This document shows positions 8,509-16,421 of a stretch of DNA of 44,933 nt, piece by piece. Origin of the DNA: Candidatus Taylorbacteria bacterium RIFCSPLOWO2_02_FULL_44_35 (lineage in GTDB: Bacteria; Patescibacteriota; Minisyncoccia; Phycocordibacterales; DSPV01); contig MHSF01000021.1 in the NCBI GenBank assembly GCA_001822695.1, forward strand, positions 993 to 45,925, in the 5' to 3' direction. The notes under the pieces are model-generated. The model worked only from the letters and a program-made list of their open reading frames with translations, had not been told where the DNA came from and did not search any database. The translations under genes and the position numbers were made by a program. The stretch's first letter is position 1; each line of letters starts with the position of its first letter.

Positions 8509-8580
8509 CTCCCCGTCGTTCAACGGATAGGACACTTCCCTGCGAAGGAAGAAATGCTGGTTCAATTCCAACCGGGGAGA
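8509..8580 (+). tRNA. tRNA-Arg (anticodon GCG)
   Basis: CTCCCCG/CGGGGAG acceptor, anticodon arm CTTCC-CTGCGAA-GGAAG, T arm GCTGG-TTCAATT-CCAAC with one C-A mismatch. Confidence 0.7.
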
Positions 8581-8844
8581 TTAGATAGCTTTATTAATAA
8601 GTTTCGCCAACCGAGATTTTTTGCGGGCAGCGGTATTTTTCTTTAAAAATTTGGTTTTGGCGGCCTTATCTATCGCTTGGTAAACCATTGGCAAAAGCGT
8701 TTGGGCTTCTTTGTTTTTTTTTTCTTTAATCAGCCGCTTGATTTTTTTGACGGCATTGGTAACAGCATTTTTTCGGCGCAAATTAAAAACCCGCTTTCGG
8801 GCGGCTACTCGGATTGCTTTTTTTGCTGAACTGGTTATCGCCAT
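8581..8844 (-). CDS. rpsT: 30S ribosomal protein S20
   Basis: MAITSSAKKAIRVAARKRVFNLRRKNAV... is the bS20 signature. 87 aa. Confidence 0.9.
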   Translation of the reverse strand: MAITSSAKKAIRVAARKRVFNLRRKNAVTNAVKKIKRLIKEKKNKEAQTLLPMVYQAIDKAAKTKFLKKNTAARKKSRLAKLINKAI

Positions 8845-8847
8845 AAT

Positions 8848-8947
8848 CTTGTAACTCGCAACTTATAACATGTAACTTAAGACAAGAAAAATCCTAGCAA
8901 GAACTCAAAGAAAACGCAAACTTATGTTACAAGTTATATGTTACAAG
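8848..8947. repeat. 'GTAAC-word' palindromic spacer element (family A), rpsT/ruvA divergent spacer
   Basis: Left arm cttgtaactcgcaacttataacatgtaactt (8848-8878) and right arm cttatgttacaagttatatgttacaag (8921-8947) are imperfect reverse complements. The same words recur at 19838-19868, 44501-44540 and 44908-44933. Confidence 0.7.
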
Positions 8948-8967
8948 TTTCGTGATATCATGTCTTT

Positions 8968-9531
8968 ATGATTTCCTCGCTTAAAGGAATAGTGACGGGC
9001 AAAGATCGAAAATCGCTGGTGGTGGAGGTCAGCGGTGTGGGCTTGCGGGTCTTCAGCGCCAGCGATACTTTGACCAAAGCCAAAAAAGGCGCGGCGGTCG
9101 CTTTATTTACTCACCTCGCCGTCCGCGAAGATGCACTGACACTTTACGGTTTTACCGATAAAGAGACCTTGGAATTTTTTGAATTGCTCATTGGCATTAG
9201 TGGCATCGGACCGAAAACCGCTGTGGCAATTTTGAATGTTGCCAGTCCAGAAACTATTCGCAAGGCAGTGGCTTCCGGCGACACTTCCTATCTCACCAAA
9301 GTTTCTGGTATCGGCAAAAAAACCGCCGACCGAATTGTCCGCGAACTGGAAGATAAAATCGGCGTCTTGGAAGAAGGGGCGAGTATTTCCGATGAAGTGG
9401 ACGCGGTGGAGGCCTTGCGCTCACTCGGCTATTCACAAAGTGAAGCCCGCGAAGCGCTCAAAAAAGTACCTCAACTGGTCATCGGCGCCGGCGAGCGCGT
9501 CAAAGCAGCGTTAAAAATCCTAGGCCGGTAG
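8968..9531 (+). CDS. ruvA: Holliday junction branch-migration complex subunit RuvA
   Basis: MISSLKGIV..., HhH motifs (GIGPKTAVAIL, VSGIGKKTADRIV) and C-terminal domain III (EALRSLGYSQSEAREAL). Confidence 0.9.
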   Translation: MISSLKGIVTGKDRKSLVVEVSGVGLRVFSASDTLTKAKKGAAVALFTHLAVREDALTLYGFTDKETLEFFELLIGISGIGPKTAVAILNVASPETIRKAVASGDTSYLTKVSGIGKKTADRIVRELEDKIGVLEEGASISDEVDAVEALRSLGYSQSEAREALKKVPQLVIGAGERVKAALKILGR

Positions 9532-9536
9532 CTGTA

Positions 9537-9564
9537 TTGACAATGTCCTTACATCTGCTAGAAT
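9537..9564 (+). promoter_or_regulatory. Canonical sigma70-type promoter for the toxin-antitoxin pair
   Basis: TTGACA (9537-9542), 16-nt spacer, TAGAAT (9559-9564), about 30 nt upstream of the ATG at 9594. Confidence 0.55.
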
Positions 9565-9593
9565 AAAGATCATTAACATTAAATAATAAAAAT

Positions 9594-9869
9594 ATGTCTT
9601 CAACCTTATCAATTCGCATCAACCCTAAAACCAAAAGGGCGGCGCAAAAAACTCTGCGTTCGCTCGGTTTGGACTTGTCTGCTGGTGTCAAAATGTTTCT
9701 GGAACAAGTTGCCACTACCGACTCTATCCCCTTCTATACCGCCACTGGAACTGGCCATAAATTGCGCCGCGCCAGCATCTATCGAAAGGAAATTGCTGAA
9801 ACCCTTAAGGGGGGGAAAAGTTATGCAACGGCTCAAGAAATGCATGTTGATATTCTTAAGGATAAGTGA
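9594..9869 (+). CDS. RelB/DinJ-family antitoxin
   Basis: LSIRINPKTKRAAQKTLRSLGLDLSAGVKMFLEQV is the ribbon-helix-helix N-terminus of DinJ/RelB antitoxins. Its stop lies 3 nt before the toxin ATG. Confidence 0.8.
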   Translation: MSSTLSIRINPKTKRAAQKTLRSLGLDLSAGVKMFLEQVATTDSIPFYTATGTGHKLRRASIYRKEIAETLKGGKSYATAQEMHVDILKDK

Positions 9870-9872
9870 TAA

Positions 9873-10151
9873 ATGTATATCACCAGACCAACAAAACAGT
9901 ATCGGAGGTCATTAAAAAATCTCCTACGGTCAGGTTCTTTTGATGATAACGAATTGCAAAAAGTAATTGACACTTTGTCTTGCGGTAAAATGCTGGAACT
10001 AAAGTATAGAAATCATAAATTACAAGGTGAGTTTTCTGACTGCTTCGAATGCCACCTCAACAATAACTTATTGTTCATCTATCGAATTGATGAGAAACTC
10101 AAGATCTTAAGCATAATTGACATCGGCACTCATTCCGATTTGTTTGAATAA
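9873..10151 (+). CDS. yafQ: YafQ/RelE-family mRNA interferase toxin
   Basis: YRNHKLQGEFSDCFECHLNNNLLFIYRIDE...IGTHSDLFE matches the YafQ pattern (H-x-L-x-G....R/F-E-C-H-I....LL-I-Y...G-T/S-H-S-D-L-F). Confidence 0.8.
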   Translation: MYITRPTKQYRRSLKNLLRSGSFDDNELQKVIDTLSCGKMLELKYRNHKLQGEFSDCFECHLNNNLLFIYRIDEKLKILSIIDIGTHSDLFE

Positions 10152-10195
10152 AAATTTTAGGGAAATGAACAAGATTTTAAATTTTTTAAAAAAAC

Positions 10196-11191
10196 TCATA
10201 CCGCGAAAAATTTTTCCATCAATCTTTGTTTTAATCTCCAACTTTCACAATGCGACAAAAGCCCCAGATAGGAAAACAAGTTTCTATTATTTATCATCCT
10301 AAACATTCTATTTTTAGTTCTTGTCCGCAAAACCACCCGATGGGGCAAAACCACATAGTCAAGAAAATCCGTTCCCCGGTGAATCTTCCGAACTATTGTC
10401 TTTCGGTCATGTAAATCCAACAAAAGAAATTCCCGACAAAACTTTTTGATTTCCTCCGCCCACTCCAATAAAATCTCGCGCGATTGATGTAAAATCACAA
10501 AATCATCGCAATAACGAATATAATATCTTGCTTTTAATTCATGTTTAATAAACTGGTCAAGCTCATTCAGATAAATGTTAGCGAATAGCTGACTGGTAAC
10601 ATTGCCTAACGGCAAACCTTTCCTATGCGAATACTCAAAAGAGCAAACGATTTTCTTAACAAGGAATAGCAACTTTCTGTCATTTATTTTCCTTGCAATC
10701 AACGAGAGTAAAATTTGATGATCAATTGAATCAAAAAACCTCTTGATGTCGCATTTCAAGACAAAGCTCGTGCTTCTGTGATTCATTGAAACTTTCCGAG
10801 CAAAAACAACGAACCTTTTTACCCCAGAGTGTGTTCCCTTTTGGAACCGCGACGAATATAAATCGTGAATAAAACTCGGGTCAAAGACTTGGTATAGCTT
10901 GTGATAAACCGCTTGAAACAAAACTCGGTCGCGAACACTCGCTTTATGAATAATTCTTGGTTTGGGATCGTCTACCTTAAAAACAACATAGGGGTCATTC
11001 CGCCAATTTCCCTCCACCAATTTGCGATGTAATTCAAAAATGTTATCCTCCAGGTTAAGCTCAAAAGCAACGACATCGGGTTTCCTTCTTTTCCCTCTCC
11101 GAAAATCTCGCCAGGCCGCAAATAAATTATCGAGCGAAATTACATCATAAAAATCACAACTATGACGCCCCCCCCCCAGCGATTTGCCCAT
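10196..11191 (-). CDS. Reverse transcriptase of the DGR type
   Basis: RT motifs VLKCDIKRFFDSIDH, LPLGNVTSQLFANIYLNELD (the DGR-typical [LI]GxxxSQ instead of the group II intron QGxxxSP) and YIRYCDDFVIL. The N-terminus NLFAAWRDFRRGKRRK is typical of DGR RTs. Confidence 0.85.
   Translation of the reverse strand: MGKSLGGGRHSCDFYDVISLDNLFAAWRDFRRGKRRKPDVVAFELNLEDNIFELHRKLVEGNWRNDPYVVFKVDDPKPRIIHKASVRDRVLFQAVYHKLYQVFDPSFIHDLYSSRFQKGTHSGVKRFVVFARKVSMNHRSTSFVLKCDIKRFFDSIDHQILLSLIARKINDRKLLFLVKKIVCSFEYSHRKGLPLGNVTSQLFANIYLNELDQFIKHELKARYYIRYCDDFVILHQSREILLEWAEEIKKFCREFLLLDLHDRKTIVRKIHRGTDFLDYVVLPHRVVLRTRTKNRMFRMINNRNLFSYLGLLSHCESWRLKQRLMEKFFAV
11168..11177 (-). repeat. G10 homopolymer (C10 on the plus strand) inside codons 5-8 of the RT
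   Basis: The minus strand reads atg ggc aaa tcg ctG GGG GGG GGG cgt. It is also only 7-19 nt upstream of the possible TTG starts of the divergent avd-like ORF. Confidence 0.95.
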
Positions 11192-11528
11192 TATTTTGAA
11201 AATCAGGCTTTTGCATAAAAATATCTATACTGTTGGCGAAAAATTAAACAAGCGAGACAAACTTGGTATTCATAAAGAAATTGATAACTTATGTATCCAA
11301 TGCCTAGCTTTAGCAATTGAAGCCAAGTTTTGCCCACCTCAAACAAAAAATATCCCCCTGGAAACATTGAGAATCAAAATCTCTGTCCTGAAAAATCTGA
11401 TCCGCACAGAGAGCGAGCTTAACATTATCAATGAAAAAATTTATCTTCGGCTAGCAGAACAAGCGGTGGAAATTTCAAAAATGACAAGCGGATGGCTTAG
11501 TTCCCTAACGCAAAAAGGACTTTGGTAG
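11184..11528 (+). CDS. avd: Avd-like four-helix-bundle protein (23S rRNA intervening-sequence protein family)
   Basis: 114 aa. IYTVGEKLNKRDKLGIHKEIDNLCIQ...LRIKISVLKNLIRTESELNIINEKIYLRLAEQAVEISKMTSGWLSSL has the family pattern, including the C-terminal E-I-x-K-M-x-x-G-W. It is divergent from the RT and overlaps it by 8 nt. TTG start. Confidence 0.7.
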   Translation: MPIILKIRLLHKNIYTVGEKLNKRDKLGIHKEIDNLCIQCLALAIEAKFCPPQTKNIPLETLRIKISVLKNLIRTESELNIINEKIYLRLAEQAVEISKMTSGWLSSLTQKGLW

Positions 11529-12277
11529 TCCTTTCGGCGAGAAATTTCTAGGCGGAAACGCAAGTAGTCACAGTCATAGTGCGGATACCAGTAGCTGACA
11601 GAGACCTTGCGAGAGGGCGAGTCGAAATTAACACTCGGAACATTGCCACTCGCGGTACGCGAACCGGCACAGAGTGTGATCACTTTCCGGTCAAGGTGTT
11701 TGCCTGTCTTCAAGAGATAGGTATCACCGTCGATGAGCCGCTCGGGCAATGTTGTCGTGGCGATGCTTCGGTCCCAGATCTGCTGGGAAGAGAGATTTTC
11801 TCCGTTGACATTGCCAAACTCGGCTTCCTGCGTATCCCGGACCCTGATGGCATAGGTGCCGCTCCGGGCGTGGCGAGTAACCACCGAGTCGAGATTGTCG
11901 TTGAACTGCCGCCAATAGAAACCTTTGTCGACACAGCGCTTCTTGTAGACCGAAGCGATGGGATTGCATTTGTTGGCAATCGCCTCATGCATAACAATGA
12001 GACGGGTCGGGTAATCCGCAGGTGCGGGCACTTGGAGTTCGCTGAAATCGGCAGCGATGTTGTAGTTGTCGAGGTAGTATTCCTGCCACCACTGGGCTTC
12101 CTTGGGAGAGATTTTCATCCGTTTTGGGAAACCGCTATTCCTGATGACACCAAGTACCGTCTGGCATAGTGACTCATTTTGGGCGAGCGTTGTGAAGTCA
12201 ATGATCTCCCACCCTGTTTTCGCACAAGTAATTGCCAGCTCATGGGCTTCACTACAACCGAATTCTGATGCTTTCAT
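11441..12277 (-). CDS. Putative DGR target protein (278 aa) with a VR-like C-terminal segment
   Basis: C-terminus CAGSRTASGNVPSVNFDSPSRKVSVSYWYPHYDCDYLRFRLE is built mostly of NNY codons and ends in hydrophobic-R-F-R, like C-type-lectin-fold variable regions. It is G+C-rich (line 11821-11880 has 40/60 G+C, versus 20/60 in RT line 10201-10260). The last 29 codons run antisense through the avd 3' end. Confidence 0.6.
   Translation of the reverse strand: MKASEFGCSEAHELAITCAKTGWEIIDFTTLAQNESLCQTVLGVIRNSGFPKRMKISPKEAQWWQEYYLDNYNIAADFSELQVPAPADYPTRLIVMHEAIANKCNPIASVYKKRCVDKGFYWRQFNDNLDSVVTRHARSGTYAIRVRDTQEAEFGNVNGENLSSQQIWDRSIATTTLPERLIDGDTYLLKTGKHLDRKVITLCAGSRTASGNVPSVNFDSPSRKVSVSYWYPHYDCDYLRFRLEISRRKDYQSPFCVRELSHPLVIFEISTACSASRR
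11514..11534. terminator. 8-bp stem / 5-nt loop hairpin at the avd stop, downstream of the VR-like segment
   Basis: aaaggact-ttggt-agtccttt. It could be a bidirectional terminator, or the hairpin found 3' of DGR variable repeats. Confidence 0.5.
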
Positions 12278-12439
12278 GTTTTTCCTTTTTCTTTTTGGAC
12301 TTATTCTCTTTTATCATCCGCTCCACCTTAGGTGGGCGGTAAAAGAAAACTTATCCGCTTGTTTTCAAAGGACCGCTAATAGGATAGCATATATGAATAA
12401 TTAAGTCAAGTAGAAAATGGCTATAATAACCGCTATCAT

Positions 12440-13756
12440 TTGGATGTGAATAAACTCTTATTTCTAGCCAAAAAATTGATACCCGAAAGAATTTTTGTAT
12501 TTTTTCAGCCGGCCTATCACTGGCTGCTGGCAATGCTGGCGGCAATCATTTATCGCTTCCCTTCCCGAAAAATTAAAGTAATTGCCGTTACCGGCACCAA
12601 AGGTAAAAGTTCGGTTTGTGAATTAGTGAACGCAATTTTGGAAGAAGCCGGTTATCAAACGGCGCTGGCTTCCACTATCCGCTTCAAAATCGGCGAGCGG
12701 ACAGCGCGCAATTTTTTCAAAATGACTATGCCCGGCCGATTTTTTGTCCAGAAATTTTTGCGACAGGCGGTAAAAGAAAATTGCGATTGGGTGATTTTGG
12801 AAATAACCAGCGAGGGCGCCCGGCAATTCCGGCACAAATTTATTGACTTGGATTCGCTGATTTTCACCAATCTGGCGCCGGAACATATTGAATCGCACGG
12901 CTCTTACGAAAAATATCGCGACGCTAAACTTTCCATTGCCCGGTCTTTGGAAAAATCACCAAAATTAAACAAAACAATAATTGCCAACATAGACGACAAA
13001 GAGGGCGCGAAATTTTTAGTGGTTAATGTGCAAAATAAAGTTCCCTATCAATTGGAAGACGCCAAACTTTACGGCCTAAAATCAGATGGTTTGGAAATGA
13101 TGTTTGATGGCGAGAAAATAACCTCGCGCCTGCGCGGAATTTTCAATATCAATAACATTCTCGCCGCCGCCAATTTCGGTAAAGTATTGGGAATTTCTAC
13201 TTTAGCGATTAAAAGAGCGATTGAAAAAGTTGAAGAAATAAAAGGCCGGGCACAGATTATAAAAACCGACAAATTTGAGGTGGTGGTTGATTACGCCCAC
13301 ACACCCGATTCGCTTCGCGCAATTTATCAAGCATTTCCCAATAAAAAAAAGATTTGCGTTTTGGGCAATACCGGCGGCGGCCGCGACAAATGGAAACGGC
13401 CAGCTATGGGCAAAATTGCCGACGAATTTTGCGATGAAATAATTTTAACCAATGAAGACCCTTACGACGAAGACCCTCGCGCGATTCTCGCTGATATGGA
13501 AAAAGGTTTTAGCCGGCATAAGCCGGAAATTATTATGGACAGAAGGGAGGCCATTAGAGAAGCCCTTCGATTCGCGAACGGCACCCTAAATCCGCCCGTT
13601 GGTGGATCGGGTGCCCGTAATCAAAACGACGCAGTCGTTTTGATTACGGGCAAGGGCACCGACCCGTTTATTATGAGTCCGCGCGGCAGTAAAATTCCCT
13701 GGGACGACGAAGAAGTGGCAAGAGAAGAATTGGAAAAATATGCCAGAATTGCCTGA
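12440..13756 (+). CDS. murE: Mur ligase, MurE-like (UDP-N-acetylmuramoyl-tripeptide synthetase)
   Basis: IAVTGTKGKSSVCELV (P-loop), DYAHTPDSL and LTNEDPYDEDPRAIL are Mur ligase/MurE motifs. TTG start in the track. Confidence 0.75.
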   Translation: MDVNKLLFLAKKLIPERIFVFFQPAYHWLLAMLAAIIYRFPSRKIKVIAVTGTKGKSSVCELVNAILEEAGYQTALASTIRFKIGERTARNFFKMTMPGRFFVQKFLRQAVKENCDWVILEITSEGARQFRHKFIDLDSLIFTNLAPEHIESHGSYEKYRDAKLSIARSLEKSPKLNKTIIANIDDKEGAKFLVVNVQNKVPYQLEDAKLYGLKSDGLEMMFDGEKITSRLRGIFNINNILAAANFGKVLGISTLAIKRAIEKVEEIKGRAQIIKTDKFEVVVDYAHTPDSLRAIYQAFPNKKKICVLGNTGGGRDKWKRPAMGKIADEFCDEIILTNEDPYDEDPRAILADMEKGFSRHKPEIIMDRREAIREALRFANGTLNPPVGGSGARNQNDAVVLITGKGTDPFIMSPRGSKIPWDDEEVAREELEKYARIA

Positions 13757-14615
13757 AGTGCAAACGACGGTCAATGGTTTGAACCGTTATGTCCGCGGTT
13801 TGGTGATTAAAGATGTCTGGACTGATTATTATTCGGAATTTCATGTCGGCAAACCAAATATCAAGGATAAGAAATTTTTCAGAAAGTTTCGCGTGGCAGT
13901 AATTGGCAAAAAAATTTTGAGCGCCTCGCGACGCGGTAAAAATGTTTTGATTCATCTCTCCGGCGAGCAAACGATTCTTGTCCACATGAAATTAACCGGC
14001 TCGCTTTTGTATGGAACATACAAAAAAATTTCTAATGAAAACAAAAACAAATTTATTCACGTCATATTTAACCTATCAAATGGAAAAGATTTGGCCCTGT
14101 CGGATTTACGAAAATTTGCCAAAGTGACGCTGGTGGACACTGATAAACTTGAAAAATCGCCGGACTTGAAAAATCTTGGACCGGAGCCACTCGCGCCGGA
14201 TTTCACTTGGGAAAAATTCAAAGAACGGCTGTTCAAAAAACCTAACGGCAAAATCAAGCGGGTCTTAATGGACCAAACTATCATCGCCGGCATCGGCAAC
14301 ATTTATTCCGACGAAATACTCTGGCATATCAGTGTCCACCCGCTCCAAAAAGTGGAAAAAATTCCACCGGCAAAAATCAAAAAAATGTATGGAGCGATGC
14401 GGAAAATTCTCCGATATTCAATCAAAATCGGCGGCGATTCCGAATCGGATTATCGCAATATTCTCGGCCAGCGCGGGCGTTTTCAAAACAAAACTCGCGC
14501 CTATGGCCGCGAAGGCGAACATTGCTCAAAACCAAACTGCCGCGGCATCATCAAACGAATAAAAATCGCCAGCCGAAGCGCCCATTTTTGCCCAGTTCAT
14601 CAAAAAAAATATTAA
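13740..14615 (+). CDS. mutM: Formamidopyrimidine-DNA glycosylase (Fpg/MutM)
   Basis: MPELPEVQTTVNGL N-terminus, H2TH region (GIGNIYSDEILWHISVHP) and C-terminal zinc finger (CSKPNCRG...CPVHQ). Confidence 0.9.
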   Translation: MPELPEVQTTVNGLNRYVRGLVIKDVWTDYYSEFHVGKPNIKDKKFFRKFRVAVIGKKILSASRRGKNVLIHLSGEQTILVHMKLTGSLLYGTYKKISNENKNKFIHVIFNLSNGKDLALSDLRKFAKVTLVDTDKLEKSPDLKNLGPEPLAPDFTWEKFKERLFKKPNGKIKRVLMDQTIIAGIGNIYSDEILWHISVHPLQKVEKIPPAKIKKMYGAMRKILRYSIKIGGDSESDYRNILGQRGRFQNKTRAYGREGEHCSKPNCRGIIKRIKIASRSAHFCPVHQKKY

Positions 14616-14665
14616 CTATTCGCAAATAACTTTACATTTTACGCTTTTAATTTTAAACTTTTCTT

Positions 14666-15646
14666 ATGACTCCCAAAAACACCATCCTTTTCTTCATAAT
14701 CTTTACTGTCATTGTTGGTGGCGGGGTATGGTTCTTGGTTGGCAGCAAAAGCGACTCCGGACAAAACTTTACAGAGAATTTACCGCCGGCGCGAGACCCC
14801 AACACCAAAAACAAATCTATCGGCTCATTCTTTTCTAATTTTTTCTCTCTGAATCTTTTTCCTTCAACCACCGATTTCTTCCCTCTTCCCGAAATAAACA
14901 CTCCGATTGGCGGCCAATCACCAAATTCAAATGAAAACATTTCGCCGGAAACCAATTCCGCCTTTTCGTCATTCAAGGGCAAAATTCGCCTTGGCTATGA
15001 TCGCTCCACTTATTATGGTTACGGCGACAAAGACGCCGCCGACCAGGAATATCTTTCCATTCAAACCGAATCGGGCATCACCGAAAAAATCCGCCTCACC
15101 GGTTTGACTCTCAAAAGCGCAATTACCGGCGTTAAAGTTGAAATCGGCCGGGGCGTCTATCTGTATTTCTCCGGCACGATTAATTCGCCACAGGATATTT
15201 ATCTTGGCCCAGGCGAAACCGCTTATATTGTTACCGGCCGCTCGCCTTTGGGCGTTTCCTTACGAGTTAATAAATGTTTGGGTTATTTGGCAAAAAATCA
15301 AAATTTTACTCCTTACTTATACAGCGACTGTCCAGCCGTTCGCAATGAACCGTTGCCCAAAGCGCCCAACAACTTAAACGACAAGTGCTTGGATTATATT
15401 GAAAATTTTCCAACCTGCACAACTTTCACCACCGGCGAATTGGAATTGTCGCCGGAGTGCAACAATTTCCTCATTGAAAAAACCACTTACAGCTATTGCG
15501 TCCAAGCTCATAAAAATGATAAGGGTTTCTATCAAGCCAATTGGCGAATTTATTTATCGCGCGACGAAACGCTTTGGAAAAGCAAACGCGAGACTATTGA
15601 ACTTTTAGATCAAAACGGCAAACTGATTGATTCGGTGTCGTATTAG
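14666..15646 (+). CDS. Hypothetical secreted or membrane-anchored protein (326 aa)
   Basis: N-terminal TM/signal helix. The C-terminal end ETIELLDQNGKLIDSVSY weakly recalls lamin-tail-domain proteins. No confident family. Confidence 0.55.
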   Translation: MTPKNTILFFIIFTVIVGGGVWFLVGSKSDSGQNFTENLPPARDPNTKNKSIGSFFSNFFSLNLFPSTTDFFPLPEINTPIGGQSPNSNENISPETNSAFSSFKGKIRLGYDRSTYYGYGDKDAADQEYLSIQTESGITEKIRLTGLTLKSAITGVKVEIGRGVYLYFSGTINSPQDIYLGPGETAYIVTGRSPLGVSLRVNKCLGYLAKNQNFTPYLYSDCPAVRNEPLPKAPNNLNDKCLDYIENFPTCTTFTTGELELSPECNNFLIEKTTYSYCVQAHKNDKGFYQANWRIYLSRDETLWKSKRETIELLDQNGKLIDSVSY

Positions 15647-15668
15647 GAAAAGACCAAATTCTTTCTTT

Positions 15669-15727
15669 GTTGTGAGATGGATATCAGATATCCACATTTT
15701 GTTGATATCTGATATCCATCTCACAAC
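15669..15727. terminator. Perfect 24-bp stem / 11-nt loop hairpin between convergent genes
   Basis: gttgtgagatggatatcagatatc - cacattttgtt - gatatctgatatccatctcacaac, with no mismatch. Confidence 0.6.
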
Positions 15728-15747
15728 CATGGCGGGGAGGGGGCAGA

Positions 15748-15774
15748 AAAAATTTTGCTACTGCGGCTTCATTT
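15748..15774 (+). repeat. 27-nt dispersed repeat (aaaaattttgctactgcggcttcattt)
   Basis: Identical to the reverse complement of 34094-34120. The shorter aaaattttgctactgcggc also recurs at 34167-34185. Confidence 0.85.
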
Positions 15775-15776
15775 AC

Positions 15777-16262
15777 TTAAACTCCTAAAATCCGAAACAG
15801 CGCGATTCCGGCGGCGACGCTGACATTGAGCGATTCTTTTTTGCCGCGCATCGGAATTTCAGCGACAGTGTCGCAAAGTTTCAAATGGGCCAGCGGAATG
15901 CCCAAGACCTCGCCCCCGAAAACGAAAGTTACTTTCGTTTTCGGGGGCAATTTAATTTTTTTGTAATCAATTGCTATTTTATTTTGCTCCACCGCGATAA
16001 TTTTGAAACCGGTTTTTTTAAGCTCGCGCACCAAGGTCGGAAAATCTTTCCGCCATTCCCAAGCCACCGCCCGCTCCGCCCCAAGCGCGGTCTTGGCAAT
16101 CTCTTTTTGAACGCGCTTAAACCTGTCCAACGGACAGGGTGTCGTCCCAACCAAAAAAATCTTGGCGATGCCAACGGCATCAGCCGTTCGAAAAATCGCC
16201 CCCGCATTATGCGCGCTCCGGATGTTGTCTAAAACCATAAGTATCTCCTTGTCCCCCACCAT
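15777..16262 (-). CDS. SpoU/TrmH-family RNA 2'-O-methyltransferase
   Basis: LDNIRSAHNAGAIFRTADAVG, GGEVLGI and SLNVSVAAGIALF are the three SpoU motifs. I chose the internal ATG at 16262 over the track start at 16316. Confidence 0.8.
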   Translation of the reverse strand: MVGDKEILMVLDNIRSAHNAGAIFRTADAVGIAKIFLVGTTPCPLDRFKRVQKEIAKTALGAERAVAWEWRKDFPTLVRELKKTGFKIIAVEQNKIAIDYKKIKLPPKTKVTFVFGGEVLGIPLAHLKLCDTVAEIPMRGKKESLNVSVAAGIALFRILGV

Positions 16263-16421
16263 ATCCAAAATGTAACATTGGCTGTCAAAAACGTAAATGA
16301 AAAATGCAAAAATCAAAATTAAAAATTATAGTGTAAAATCTTAAAATTTTTTCTTTTTGAATTGTCATTTTTCATTTTGATATTTCAACTTTACATTAAG
16401 GTGTGGTACAATCACACTGTT

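Noticed and set aside
8714-8723. A10/T10 run inside rpsT (and an A9 run in ruvC near 26315) as phase-variation sites
   Set aside because: Lysine-rich stretches in AT-rich genes routinely produce such A runs. Unlike the G10 tract in the RT, they are compositionally expected.
11184-11528. Template repeat hidden inside the avd region or the RT-flanking spacers
   Set aside because: I read 10152-10195, 11184-11530 and 12278-12439 on both strands against the VR-like segment. I found no stretch sharing its invariant positions. This was a by-eye comparison only, so the negative result needs computational confirmation.
11579-12169. 196-aa plus-strand ORF and two minus-strand ORFs (11710..11997, 11724..11969) inside the putative DGR target
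   Set aside because: They are by-products of the local high G+C content. The 278-aa frame is the longest and is the only one with the VR-like C-terminus.
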